Assembly: GCF_001194135.2 (NCBI RefSeq)
Contig: NC_068984.1
Location: 70,715,285-70,779,284 of the forward strand
Reading direction: 5' to 3'
DNA from: Octopus bimaculoides
Lineage: Eukaryota
Length of the DNA stretch: 64,000 nucleotides
Numbering within the stretch: position 1 is the first letter of the stretch; each line of letters starts with the position of its first letter. Both the position numbers and the translations under genes were made by a program. Of the stretch, positions 50,048 through 63,038 are shown piece after piece. A model generated the notes under the pieces. The model had not been told where the DNA came from, did no database searches, and saw only the letters and a list, made by a program, of their open reading frames with translations.

Positions 50048-50149
50048 TCATCATCATCATCATCATCATCATCGTTTAACGTCCGCTTTCCATGCTAGCA
50101 TGGGTTGGACGATTTGACTGAGGACTGGTGAAACCGGATGGCAACACCA
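50048..50149 (-). mobile_element. RTE 3'-UTR-derived repeat, truncated by a gap
   Basis: catcatcgtttaacgtccgctttccatgctagcatgggttggacgatttgactgaggactgg is the reverse complement of the 7900-7960 family sequence. Confidence 0.9.
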
Positions 50150-50797
50150 NNNNNNNNNNNNNNNNNNNNNNNNNNNNNNNNNNNNNNNNNNNNNNNNNNN
50201 NNNNNNNNNNNNNNNNNNNNNNNNNNNNNNNNNNNNNNNNNNNNNNNNNNNNNNNNNNNNNNNNNNNNNNNNNNNNNNNNTATATAATCATCTTCATTTA
50301 ATGTATGCATAGAAAATGGATGTTAAATGATGATGATGGTGATGATGATGGTGATGATGATGATGATGATGATATATCTATCTATCTATCTATATGCATT
50401 TATGCATGTATGTATTTATATATAGGTATAAACGCATGTGCATGCGCACACACACACAAACACACATATGGGGTAACATACACACATACACATTTACATA
50501 TACTTTTGTTGATTTTAGTCATTGAGCTGCAACTATGATGGACTGTTTCCTAGAGGCATCTTAAGGCATGGGCACACTGAGCAGTTTCCCAGGGATTCCA
50601 CAGGTGTAGGGGTTCAATTCTGATTTACATATGCTTTGCCTTGCTGTCAATAAATAAATACTATAAGGCCCAAATACAGTGATCTTCCCAGGAGCATAAA
50701 ACATAGTTAAAATGATCCTGGGATTGTCTTTGAGAATTTCTGTATTGGTAGGCACTTGACTGCATTCCAATGTTAAATAATGCATAAATAAACTTAC

Positions 50798-50809
50798 ATT
50801 TGAGTGTAG
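50798..50809 (-). other. Candidate 12-nt microexon (CTACACTCAAAT)
   Basis: On the minus strand: tttatttcattttgtag|CTACACTCAAAT|gtaagt. Its length is a multiple of 3 and all phases are open. It could arise by chance. Confidence 0.25.
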
Positions 50810-51464
50810 CTACAAAATGAAATAAATTACAAGAGATAGTATAAAACTAAATGGTATCTATTGCAGAAATTCCATAATTTCCTGAATTAAGTATTGAAGA
50901 GAGATATTTGGCAGAAATATTCCAGAAACAGAATACATTATTTAAATTATATTAAAATAAGAAGGAACACTTTTTTTTTCTTCACTATCTTAAACACAAG
51001 ACTATATGTACTGGAAAGCAAATCTGTCAGCTTAGAAAACCTGACAAATGCAATGTTTATTCTTTTCTTCCTCTAATACAATCTTCGTTTTAGAAAAGAT
51101 GTATTATCCTTATATAAAATTAGATTTACTAAATCCATCAAAATTGATTAACTGTGATTAATTGATATTTTAACATAAGACAGCACACATTAAGCTTAAA
51201 TATGACATACCTCATTTTTGATATTACAAATTTCTTCCTTTGAAATAGTCAACATCAATATTTATATTTTACAATTTCATTTCTTGTTTAGTTGGTTTCT
51301 CTTCGTTTCTATATTTTCAATGTAAGATGTATGAGACTCAAAATCCAAAAGCTTTGATGAAGGTGTGATGTACATAAATTTTCCAAGGACAATAGTGGAA
51401 AATGTTGAGTTGAAAAGCCTGAAACAGACTGTCCACTTTTTAAATATATATATATATATATGAA

Positions 51465-52615
51465 TCATCATTTAACATCTGTTGTATATGCTGGCATGGG
51501 ATGGACAGTTTGACCATAGCTGGCTAGCTGGGGTGCTACACCAGACTCCAGTCTGATTTGGCAACCACTTTATAGAGTGTGCTGGGTGCTTTTAAGTAGC
51601 ACTGCATAGGTACTTATACATCATGCCACATAGGTGGTTTTACCTGGCACCACAGGGGTGCTTTTATGTGAAAATGTTATGAGCACTTTTTATGTGGCAC
51701 CAGCCCCAAACTCTTGCTTGTCAATCCTCACCACTGGAGGAATTGGTCTTAACACTTCTGCTGTAGGGCATGGCTCTTCTTGAGTACAGCAAGGCACCGG
51801 GTATCTTGGTTCTTTGTCATCTCGTTTGAACGTTTCAACATCCTGAGGTCATTCTTCAGCACTTCGACCCATATCTTTCTGGGCCTCCAACTTCCATGTG
51901 TTCCATCTGCTTTGAGAGGTTGGCACTTCTCTATGGAACTGTCAGTGGCTATCTGCATCACATGACCAAACCAGTGCAGTCTTCTCACTTGCACACAGCA
52001 ACTAATTCCTCTTATGCCTAACTTCTTTCTCAAAGTGCTAGCACTCTGTCAAACATGTACACTTACATTATGCATCCAGCAGAGCATACTAGCCTCGTTT
52101 CTTCCTAGCCTTTGGATATCCTCTGCATTCAGGGTCCACATCTCACTACCATGTAGATTTAATGTCCATATACATGCATCATACAATCTTCCTTTCATTT
52201 GGAGAGAGAAACCTTCTGCAGGCAACAGAGGTAACAGCTCACTGAACTTTCTCCATCCTATTCTTATTCTAGCTATCACATATTCCATGCAATCCCACCC
52301 ACTACTAATTTTGTCCCTTAGGCAGCAGGAATTATTTACTACCTCTAATGAGCTACCAAACCATTTGAGAGAATCAATTTCCTGAGTTCCTATAGTTTTT
52401 ATGGATCTTGTGCATCTACCACATATGAACACTACCTTCTTAGATAATCTTCCCATTAATCCACTGCACGTCTTATGTGTCCATAGCTTACACTGGGTAC
52501 ACCATATTGAGTTCCTGCCTACATCTTTCCTACAAATGGAACAAGGCCACCTACCTGAAATGGGTAGGGTCTTGTCAGTTTTCTTGCTTACTATGCATGC
52601 ATATATACAGTTTTT
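51465..52615 (-). mobile_element. RTE-clade LINE 3' 1.1 kb: PHD finger, RT C-terminal motifs, 3' UTR
   Basis: WPCSICRKDVGRNSIWCTQCKLWTHKTCSG..FICGRC (C4HC3), then RIRIGWRKFSELLP, LHGSEMW, RRLHWFGHV and RPRKIW. Confidence 0.9.
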
Positions 52616-52646
<31 letters not shown>

Positions 52647-52689
52647 NNNNNNNNNNNNNNNNNNNNNNNNNNNNNNNNNNNNNNNNNNN

Positions 52690-52731
<42 letters not shown>

Positions 52732-53760
52732 CGATAGATAGATAGATAGATAGACAGACACACAGACACACACACACATACATACATATGTATATATACC
52801 AATATTGGTTTTTATATTGAGTTATAATAGAAACAATTTTCCATTTAACTGAAGGATTACTCAGTCAGTCAAAGTTTTAAACCTGCATAGTCAATGGAAC
52901 TTATGAGTTCATATTCACTCTGTGTAGTCTCTGGTAAGTTTAATATTTCTAGGCAAAATGAAGTTCCATTGAATGATAATTAAGGTTGTAGGGTAAGCTC
53001 TGATGAGATATTATAGACGACTAAAGCTGATTAAATTTGGGGTTGTTTTTATGCTTACAAATCAGTCATGCATGTCTCCATGCAGAGTGAATTGCAGTCA
53101 GATGTATGTATTTAGGTCTGTCAGCTGTAGGTCTTGGGGTCGCCTGTTAGATGCTCACAAAAAAATATATGTAGGAAAAAATGTTAGTCTGTCAACAGAT
53201 TTCTTTACTTGTTGCTAGTGTTATTTAAATTTTGTTTGTTTGTTTTTGGAAAGGGAAGGCTGTTGGTCAGAGTTCAGTCAGACAAGCAAGATTTTGTGAT
53301 TAAGTGTGATTATTTAGGAGTGTCAACCTTAGGTTTTCATGTATCAGTATAGAAATTTGTTTATCATGTGCTTTAAGTTTCTCTAAAAGATGTCAGCAGG
53401 TGGAAAGGTTAATTGGTTAGTAGATTTCTCAATAAGAATTAATTAGTTATGTTATTTAACTATCATTTAGAAAATTTAACCTGTGTGTATCTTAATGTGA
53501 TAGGGAGGTACCAAAATTGCTCCTGTAATATATTGGTTTTGTTTCATTGAAATACATTTCTGCTCATGTGCAAACTGGATCAAGACGAAAAGAAATGAGT
53601 GATTACATGATATATAATAATCAACAAATATCCAGCCCATCTTCAACTCTATTTTTGTTGCTGACTTCTTATTTCTTTAGAATTTCTGTAGCTATTATAC
53701 AATTCCTGATCATTATCTTTACAAGATTTTTCTTTCCTGCTCACAGTTTCTTTTTGTCAG

Positions 53761-53808
53761 CTGAAACTATTAGGAATTGTAAAATCAATAGAGTTATATA
53801 GATATGCG
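53761..53808 (+). CDS. Candidate 48-nt phase-0 coding exon (LKLLGIVKSIELYRYA) of an unidentified gene
   Basis: A long pyrimidine tract ends tttctttttgtcag, and the donor is GCG|gtaagt. Only frame 0 is open. No homology recognised. Confidence 0.4.
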
Positions 53809-54184
53809 GTAAGTTTTGGCGTTGCATTACTTGGTCCAGTCTTTTTTTTTTTTTACATAAGACTAATTATTTTGTGAAAGCAAAAGGGCACATATTTGAT
53901 TGCATTGACCTTAGTTTATTACTGGCAATAAGTTGATCAATATCCATCAGTTGTAGAAAGATAAAAACCAATAAGGGCAAGATGTTAATTTAGAACATTA
54001 TCAAATAGAACTAAATATAATATTTTCTGTTTTTAGAATCAAAGTACTCTGGAGACAACCAATGCCTTTGCATTTTCAGTCTCCTTGTTTTACCAAAAGT
54101 AATAAGATTACACAAGCAATATAATACACAAAGACAGACTTGAGTTACTGTTTAACTCATTAGTATTTCAACAAGCAAAATAAG

Positions 54185-54407
54185 ACCTAAATATAGAAAT
54201 TGACGAAATCAAACCCAAATATTTTACTTGTTTTAAGTTCAAAATGACCAGATCTGTCCTCTCACTCCTACCATATAATGTCATTTGAAAGATAAATAAT
54301 CACTTCATCAAAATATTGAAGTTGTGAGATAAAGCATGATTGGTTCAAAATAATGTCAATAAATAATCATTACATTTGACAGAGTAATCAGAAAGCTAAA
54401 GGGTAAA
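54185..54407 (+). mobile_element. Decayed piggyBac-type MITE
   Basis: It ends in gctaaagggtaaa, close to the piggyBac-type aaagggttaa terminus. The body resembles a common octopus MITE as I recall it. Confidence 0.55.
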
Positions 54408-55384
54408 AAGTTCAATGTTTAAATGTTAAACATTAGTGTGTAGTTCTTTGCTTTCACTATCCCAAGCACAAGTCTTGCAGATAATAAGTATTATATATAT
54501 ATATATACATATAACATAGCATAGTAACAGGAACACTGTATAATTAATGAGTGTGTTATGCGCTTTCACTACTTCTCTCAGTCTCAACAGTGTAATAATA
54601 ATCCATCTTGGTATGTTTTCATGAAAATCATGTAAACATTTTATCAGCTGTGTCACTATAAGCTGTATTCAGTAACATATGGCTATTGAGAAACTATACC
54701 ATATAATGCTTGCTTTCTTTCAGTTTCCTTTCACACTTACTCTCTCACACACATACATGAAATTAGGCTTGATTTTAAACAGAAGCTATCACAACTATCC
54801 AAACTAGAACATCATGAGTACCATTTTCTCAAAGTGACTAGAAATATCTTAGGATTCCACCTAACTCAATAAGAAATAGCAAACACAGACCAGTTTATTG
54901 CATTATTCCAACTTGAAACTATACCTGAGCAACAAATTTCAGACTGTCAATTTTCAAAATTTGATTACATTTAAAAGTTTAATAACTTCTTCACATATAA
55001 ACATTATAATGGAAACCATTTAAAGAGGTTTGATTCAATAAGCCATTTAGTTAAAGAGTTTATAATCCTTCTCTCATTTTTCCTATAATCTATGGAAACA
55101 TCTTGGTGGAAGCTTCTTTTTCAAGAATATTAAGCAAATTTTAATCCTTTGGAGTTCAACACTACTCAGTCTTATACACAAAAGCGGATGAGATACAAAA
55201 TAAATTGCAGAGATATTTAAATTCTGTAAAAATAATATCTGATTCAACACCATATAAACACTGGAAAAAAAAATCTCTGTGTGTAAATATGTGCGTGTGT
55301 GAGTGTATGTGTGTGTGTGTGTGCATGTGTATGAGTGTGTGTGTATGTGTGTGTATGCACATATATAATCACATACACACATAT

Positions 55385-55653
55385 GTACGTATAGGAATGT
55401 GTGATTAAGAAATTTGCCTTGTAATCAGATGGTTTTAGACTCAATTCTCCAGCATGAAACCTAGGACAAGGGTTTTTTAATATAGTCCTAGGCTGACCTA
55501 CGTGTTGTGAATGGAATTGGGAGACTAAAACTTGAAGAAAACCAACGAATGTATGCCTTGAACATGCATGCTTGTGTGTGTATGTGTGTGTGCATGTGTG
55601 CTAACCAAAGCCTTGTGAGTGGATTTGGTAGATGAAAACTGGAAGAAGCCTGT

Positions 55654-55660
<7 letters not shown>
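55385..55660 (+). mobile_element. Decayed tRNA-headed SINE with internal (TG)n
   Basis: accaaagccttgtgagtggatttggtagatgaaaactggaagaagcc is the reverse complement of segments at about 26070 and 57200-57250. Confidence 0.75.
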
Positions 55661-55692
<32 letters not shown>

Positions 55693-55995
55693 NNNNNNNN
55701 NNNNNNNNNNNNNNNNNNNNNNNNNNNNNNNNNNNNNNNNNNNNNNNNNNNNNNNNNNNNNNNNNNNNNNNNNNNNNNNNNNNNNNNNNNNNNNNNNNNN
55801 NNNNNNNNNNNNNNNNNNNNNNNNNNNNNNNNNNNNNNNNNNNNNNNNNNNNNNNNNNNNNNNNNNNNNNNNNNNNNNNNNNNNNNNNNNNNNNNNNNNN
55901 NNNNNNNNNNNNNNNNNNNNNNNNNNNNNNNNNNNNNNNNNNNNNNNNNNNNNNNNNNNNNNNNNNNNNNNNNNNNNNNNNNNNNNNNATACATG

Positions 55996-56029
<34 letters not shown>

Positions 56030-56074
56030 CATGTATATATGTGTGTGTGTGTGTGTATGTGTGTGTAAGTATAT

Positions 56075-56275
56075 ATCAGGGTGAGTGAAATGTAAGCAAC
56101 ATTTTCGACCATGAAGAATTTATACTGGATTGCAGAGTTTTGAATATTTCTTAAACATTTCTTTACAATCATCTGAAATGAAATTGTGAAAGTGCAATAT
56201 TCGAGTAATTTTGCTATTCAATTTAAAAAAAGGACGTAAAGCAAATGAAACTGCTAGCGATATCAACGAAACATT
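56075..56275 (+). mobile_element. Mariner 5' end and transposase N-terminus
   Basis: MKL*KCNIRVILLFNLKKGRKANETASDINETF resembles the mariner N-terminal HTH. A TIR-like tatcagggtgagtgaaatgtaagcaac lies upstream. Confidence 0.6.
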
Positions 56276-56279
56276 TGCC

Positions 56280-56870
56280 ACACGAAATCAGTCAAAGATG
56301 TTGAATACCTCTTGATTTTCTAGAAGCTGGAGACATGGTTTTGATATTAGTTCTTGAACGAATCAGCCATTGCCCCAATGTAAACGTACAGGCCTCCCCT
56401 TGTGTGTACAGTGCCTTTATATACAACATTGATACTCATACAGAGGTTCATCAATGGGCTTTTTGTTTTTTCTCTGCATGAGCATTTATTAGATTTAGTT
56501 GCATTTGTGGTTCCGTGTTTGTGGTTATTACACTGTTGCTATGTTGGCCATGTCTCTATTTTTGTTATTATCACTATGTGGCCGCAGTAAGGGATTTTCA
56601 TTTTGGTTGGTATTGCTTTTCCTGATATTTTTGCTATATTATGCATTTCTTTATTTTTGTATTTGAGCCTTGTTATGGATCTTCTATAAGAATAAAGTTG
56701 TACTCTTTGATTTGCCATTTCTATATATGAAGACCAAGAAGAAATCTTGCATAACAGAGTTTATTTTAATGAGACACCTCTTGAAATCACCCAAGGAGAC
56801 ACATCTACACCGAGGGATACACCTAAACCAGTTGTATAGTATCCCACCCACAAGAGATCGATACTAGATG
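56280..56870 (-). mobile_element. Penelope-like GIY-YIG fragment
   Basis: CSCREKTKSPL.NLCMSINVVYKGTVHTRGGLYVYIGAMADSFKN*YQNHVSSF*KIKRYSTSL. Confidence 0.8.
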
Positions 56871-56954
56871 GGTCAAAATAATTGTAGTGATCAATAACGA
56901 TTCTCATGTCTTCCATCTTCTGTCTCTCTCATTAATCACACACACACACACACA

Positions 56955-57290
56955 CATCTTGTATCTTTGACTTGTTTCAGTCATAAGACTATGGCAATGA
57001 TGGGGCACCACATTGAAGAACTTTTAGTCGAATGCGCTGACTCCAGTACTTATTTTTGAAAAACCTGATACTTATTCTATTGGTCTCTTTTGCTGAACCA
57101 TTGGATCACAGGGAAGTCACCTAGCTCCAGTTGTCAAGTGGTGGAAGGGAACAAACACACTAACAAAGACACAAACACGCAGACATACACATAGATATGA
57201 CGGGCTTGTTTCAGTTTTCATCTGCCAAATGCACTGAAAAAGCATTGGTCAGTCCACAACTATAGTATTAGACACTTGCCCAAGCTGCAT
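56955..57290 (-). mobile_element. Decayed tRNA-headed SINE (near full length)
   Basis: gacttgtttcagtcat..tacttattctattggtctcttttgctgaacc..gacgggcttgtttcagttt..gacacttgcccaag. Confidence 0.75.
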
Positions 57291-59369
57291 AGTACTTTGG
57301 GCATCACTCCTTTGTTAAGAATGTTACCATATATTACCTATCTTAGCTATTGCAGATTATCGCATAGCATAATGTTCAATCAGTTCTGTATATCTTCTTG
57401 TATATCTTCAATGCCAAGTTTAATGAATTTATTACTCCATCACAAGTTTTTCTTATCCTTTATTTTCTTTTGTCCTCCCCAAATCCCCATTTTCCTGCCT
57501 AGCCTTCTTCTGTTTTTCCATGCTTGATTGAATATTTGAGGAACATCTGTAATTATTCTGGTTATCTCAGTTGACTGGCTAGAGTGAGATTCATCTTGAA
57601 ACAAACAACTTCATGACCAAGATCTTGAAAAACCACATCTGGCATGCAAATTCCATAACAGCATCCGCTTCGCACAGAGTGCATTCCTCCATGCAGGTTA
57701 CTGATATTTTCTTTCTTTCTTAAAATAGAAAGTGTAAGGTGCGGATAATGTCCGTTTTGTCTTTTCCTTTTCAGGGTGATCCCAAGTGTGCAAAATATAA
57801 TCTCTCTTGTTACTAGTTCACATTGAACGAAGTTAAAATGTCAAGTATCAAATGAGTGCACATATGCAAGAAATAGACAGGAGTTAGCTATATATTAGAA
57901 TACTGGAAATGTAGTGACAGCAAACACCAAACGAACATTTATGTGTGTGTGTGTGTGTGTGTACAATGAATATTGCAAATTCAAGTGCTAATACTCTATG
58001 AAGCAGACATACATGTTGGTCATATCTAAACCAATTATGCTGTATAAATAACTGTAAAACTAAAAATAAGAATAAAAAATAAGCAGATGTACCAGTCTCT
58101 GTATTCATTGCAATTATTATATATATATATGTACATACACACACACACACATTTATATACTCATACATATATACACATGCACACATACATATATGTGGAG
58201 ATATATGTATCTATATCATAGAACTCTTTTACCTTTTGCCTACTGATTTCACTTACAATGTAATGATGAACCCTTATTTGAGGACACCAGCTGTCACTGT
58301 TCATTGAGCAGGATTGAACTCCTGCCTCCATGTTTCAAAAGTGGATATATTTTCTTCCCCACCACGTATGCACCTATTCTTAATCACACAGTCGTGCTTA
58401 ATCATGTTGTTGAGTCAATGAATATATCTTCTTTAAACAAATGATAATATAAATGTTATAAAACTGAGATGATGTTTACCAGAGAAATCAGTGCAGTAGC
58501 TAGAGTGAGAAAATCTAAGATGGATAGTTAATCAATTGTATGAACACATAATAATATTTTGGTGTAATTCACTAGACTTTAGGGAAATAAGATTAATTGT
58601 GCCATAGTCTACTAAAAGATATTAATGTCAGTGCAATAAGCAAATTTCATAGAATGGTTTTTGTCATAATTTTGCTTCACTAATTTGGATACTAGGCACA
58701 TGCAACATATCAAATCACTAAGAGAAAGTGAAATGATTCTTCCGGGTTTACCCAGCTCATTGTTCGTAGTATTCAATGCATAACTATTCATATAAGTTAT
58801 TTATAATGTGATACAATGGTCTTAACTGAAAATAATATCATTATCAGATACTAACCAACTGGAATTAGTTACCATGAGAAATAGTAAAGTCAAAGTCATG
58901 TAACCATTTAGATGTAGTCTTGATTAGTTAGCAAGCAATACATATTAAATAGCTTACTGATCTTTTACAAATCTTATTAGAAGATCTGGTGCATTACAAA
59001 TGAATAATTATTTACAGGCTTTTGAATCTAAGTGATGGTACTCATTGAGAAGTAGGATGTGATTAAAGCAAAAGCAAGAATTATTTAGTGAAGTTCTAAT
59101 AGTTGTTTGAATAATAGAACAATTACAGACGTGACAGGGGATAAATCATTTTAACTGATCATTAACTGATCCAACTTATTTCAGCATTTGAAAGAATGAA
59201 CCAAAAAATTTTAAATTAAAAAAAAAGAAAATACATTTTGTACTAGTGTATTTAAGAAATTCACTTACTATCCATATATATTCATGTTCAGAACCCCTGC
59301 ATAGATTCTTGGACAAATGTCTTTTATTAGAGTCTTGGGTTTGACCAAAGTCTTGTGATTTAGGTCATG

Positions 59370-61480
59370 GGCTAGTGAGGGTCATGGTGTACCCCACCCT
59401 TTGTGATTTACTTTCATGGGTATTTTCATGTTGCCCTGGGTTTAACAAGTTAGAAAATTGATGTTGCCAGCAAAACAACCGGGATGGAAGATACCCACCA
59501 TGAACTTTTTGACCCTGTCCACTTTTATAGCTGGAGGCAGAAAATTAGGGGTATGGAAAATTCAAACAGCACTAATTTTACAACTCATAGCCAAAATATT
59601 TCAAATGAGCACTTAAAATGATTGCCCCATCAAGATCTACAAGTTCATGCAAATGGTAAGCAAATTTGTTCTGTAAAAAGGTCACCGGAGGTTAAAAGGT
59701 CACAAACTTTGACCTTTACCTATAATATTTCACATTCACAAGTTTTATTTATCATCAAGACCATATGATGTTTTTCTTTTTTAAATTAACTGAAACAAAG
59801 GTTTATATGTGCTTTTTTTTAATACCAGAAGTAATGTTTACTCTGTGGAATGTGAGATATTTCTGCACTTTTACATGCTGTTTTGTACGTATTGCTGAAT
59901 GTGTAGAATAGAAGTAAGGAAAAAAATTAGCAAGGTGTACTGTGGAATCTTTCCTTGAATTATTGAAAATTACCACAGAAGATGATATTCGAGCTGATTT
60001 ATAAATTGAAACATCAAATTATGCAAATATTTTCATCAAAGGTTGTTGAAGTCAAAAGTAAACAAAAGTTGACCCTACCCACAAAATAGCAGTTTGTTAT
60101 ACATGTTCGTTATAAAATGTGCCATATAATTTTAATATTGAAAAAATGCCAGCCTGTATAATACTTTCTATCTCTCAAGTTTAAACAAAATCCATTTCAA
60201 GTGTTGCAGCAGTTACCTTCCTTCCTGGTAGGTATATTTTGTTGTTGGCACTCCGTCGAGGGTTCCAGTCGATCCGAACAATGGAACAGCCTGCTCGTGA
60301 AATTAACGTGCAAGTGGCTGAGCACTCCGCAGACACGTGTACCCTTAACGTAGTTCACGGGGATATTCAGCGTGACACAGTGTGACAAGGCTGGCCCTTT
60401 GAAATACAGGTATGACAGAAACAGGAAGAAAGAGTGAGAGAAAGTTGTAGTGGAAGAGTACAGCAGGGTTCGCCACCATCCCCTGCCGGAGCCTCATGGA
60501 GTTTTAGGTGTTTTCGCTCAATAAACACTCACAACGCCCGGTCTGGGAATCGAAACTGCAATACTATGACCACGAGTCCACTGCCCTAACCACTGGGCCA
60601 TTGTGCCTCCATGGTAGGTATACACACAGAATTAAGACAACGGATGTATGAGCTTGCTTTAAAGTTGAGTTAGAAATCTCAGTTGAACACCCTTTGGATC
60701 ATCAAAATTTGAATTAACACATTTCCAGTAAGCATTCATCCTAATTCTTACCTGGTTGTATCTTATTTTCATGACAGTTATATCTGTTCTTAGTTTCATT
60801 AGCTTTGTAATCCACAAATGCCACATAATTGTCAAAGATGACAACATTATTTGCGAACCATCTATTACATGCACGAGTCATTTCAAGTGTCCAATTAATA
60901 ATCATCACCATCACGTTCAGTATCACTGTCCAATCCTACTCTGTCAAGGAAATCCCTTTCACTAAGTTCATTGTCCCTATCAGGGTCAGAATCTGATAAA
61001 CAAGTTTCATTTTCAAGTTCTTCCAGAATATCCACCAGCTGACGGGCCGACCAAAGCTTTGTAATTGAATTTGGTAAGCTGAAGTTACTGCCACATGTGT
61101 ACATGTGTGTGTAGGTGCTTGTGCCTCTCCTAGTGAGAAAGAGGGGGAATCAACTGTATAAAGGAAAAAATATACAAATGTATTAACTTCCATATTCATT
61201 GTAATTGTCTTAGACCAAATCTACTAAAATAAAATCTACTCCCCAGCGGAATAATCGACTTAAGAACATAATATAATGTAAGACTAAAAAATTTTGACTT
61301 TATTACCATTACCGATGTATCAATTTATTTTTTGTATTCTGAAGATAATTACCAAAATTAGTAAATTGAAACGATCGTAAACGCTACCTTCTTCTTTGTT
61401 AATTAATTAAATTAAAGACATACCAGCAAAACTAACAAGTTTCTCCTTGATATTTACATCCATTTTCTCCTTGTGTATTT
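59370..61480 (-). mobile_element. Possible decayed piggyBac-like DNA transposon interrupted by a SINE
   Basis: The acidic ORF 60895-61104 (SARQLVDILEELENETCLSDSDPDRDNELSE) and downstream DYKANETKNRY resemble the PGBD N-terminus and ETNRYA motif. The ends are not resolved. Confidence 0.4.
60237..60611 (-). mobile_element. Young full-length tRNA-derived SINE (OR-like) with an 11-bp TSD
   Basis: A-box TGGCCCAGTGG (60590-60600), B-box GTTTCGATTCC (60546-60556) and an (AAC) tail. The TSD tggtaggtata lies at 60226-60236 and 60612-60622. Confidence 0.85.
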
Positions 61481-62699
61481 ATATATATATATATATATAT
61501 NNNNNNNNNNNNNNNNNNNNNNNNNNNNNNNNNNNNNNNNNNNNNNNNNNNNNNNNNNNNNNNNNNNNNNNNNNNNNNNNNNNNNNNNNNNNNNNNNNNN
61601 NNNNNNNNNNNNNNNNNNNNNNNNNNNNNNNNNNNNNNNNNNNNNNNNNNNNNNNNNNNNNNNNNNNNNNNNNNNNNNNNNNNNNNNNNNNNNNNNNNNN
61701 NNNNNNNNNNNNNNNNNNNNNNNNNNNNNNNNNNNNNNNNNNNNNNNNNNNNNNNNNNNNNNNNNNNNNNNNNNNNNNNNNNNNNNNNNNNNNNNNNNNN
61801 NNNNNNNNTCACACTCCTGAAAATTGTGACTCAGTGTTTATGGTAAAGACAACAATTAAATTTCATGTTTTCAGTGGGATTTTTTTTTCCTGTCATTTCA
61901 CAATAAAGCACAGATTTGCTTTATTTTTGTGATTTTCTATTGCCCTAAGAATATTCCACATATGTCTGCAGTTCCTAGTAATTTTTGGTATATAAGTTCT
62001 GGTGTTTTACATATATATTCTTGCATCTTTTCTAATTACTCCCAAGGCAGCTATTACTCTGGTAATGATTATGTTTAACAATCCCCACATTCAGGATATC
62101 TTTACATTCTGATCTATATATTTGAATTATTTCTCCCTTTTATGTTGCTATATATTTTTGTATATTAGAAATATCACACACATTGCTGATTCTTTTACTG
62201 ATTTCTGTTATTGATTCCAGTATATATTTGAGTGTGGTTCTTTTTTTTTTTACTGATATCTATTGCCAAATCATTAAGTTTACCTTTTTTAACATCAGTT
62301 GTTGTTTATTTTCATTTTTATTTTCTTTTGTTTCAGGGGATAAACCTTAATACAGGCATAAAAACATTCATACACACACACACAAATGCACGCACATGCG
62401 CGTGCGCAAGTTTGTGTGTGTGTGATGGCGTGTAGCCATTGTTTTATTATTTTACTTTTGTAGTGTGTGAATTGTTTGGCAGCGGTGTTGTACAATAAAA
62501 AAATCAAACATTTCCTCTTCAACCTTTAGTTCAGACCAGAACCTTCGAACCATAGTTGATTTAGTTCTTTCAGTTAAGTCTTGTAGTATACAGTATTTGA
62601 CATGGATATATTCATGCCTCCATTTTTCTGAATCTAATTATGATGGTATTTTAATTAATTTGAGTCGTTGCATAGCTTTGCTATATTTGTCTGATTGTA

Positions 62700-63030
62700 G
62701 ATTTAATTTGATAATACAGCTAGTCATTACTGTGATTTTTACATTCAATTTTTGTCATACTTATATTGGTTGTTGGGGCTTTCTCAGACAGTATTTTTAT
62801 GAGTAGCTGCTCTATTGGATGTCACTGCTTTTTGTTGCTACATACGACCTGCTGGGATATGTATACCTATTCTAAAATCCAGTATACACATATTATACTG
62901 CTATCTTTTAAACATTTATATTAGTGAGCTGTATAGCAGAAGTGATGGACCACATTATATGATGTCTTGTATACTCCTGTTTCTTCTACATTTAACACAT
63001 GACCGTTGCTTTTTCTCTCCAGCTAAACAT
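62700..63030 (-). mobile_element. Possible decayed Penelope GIY-YIG remnant
   Basis: Only a weak EETGVYK(T/I)S..CG motif. Confidence 0.25.
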
Positions 63031-63038
63031 TTTACACT

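Noticed and set aside
50105-50140. CTGAGGA followed by GAAA in the RTE tail repeats
   Set aside because: The spacing leaves no room for stem II; it is not a hammerhead.
62310-62360. Strong acceptor tttcttttgtttcag (also 34696 and 57775)
   Set aside because: There is no canonical donor before a stop or microsatellite; T-rich tracts are ubiquitous here.
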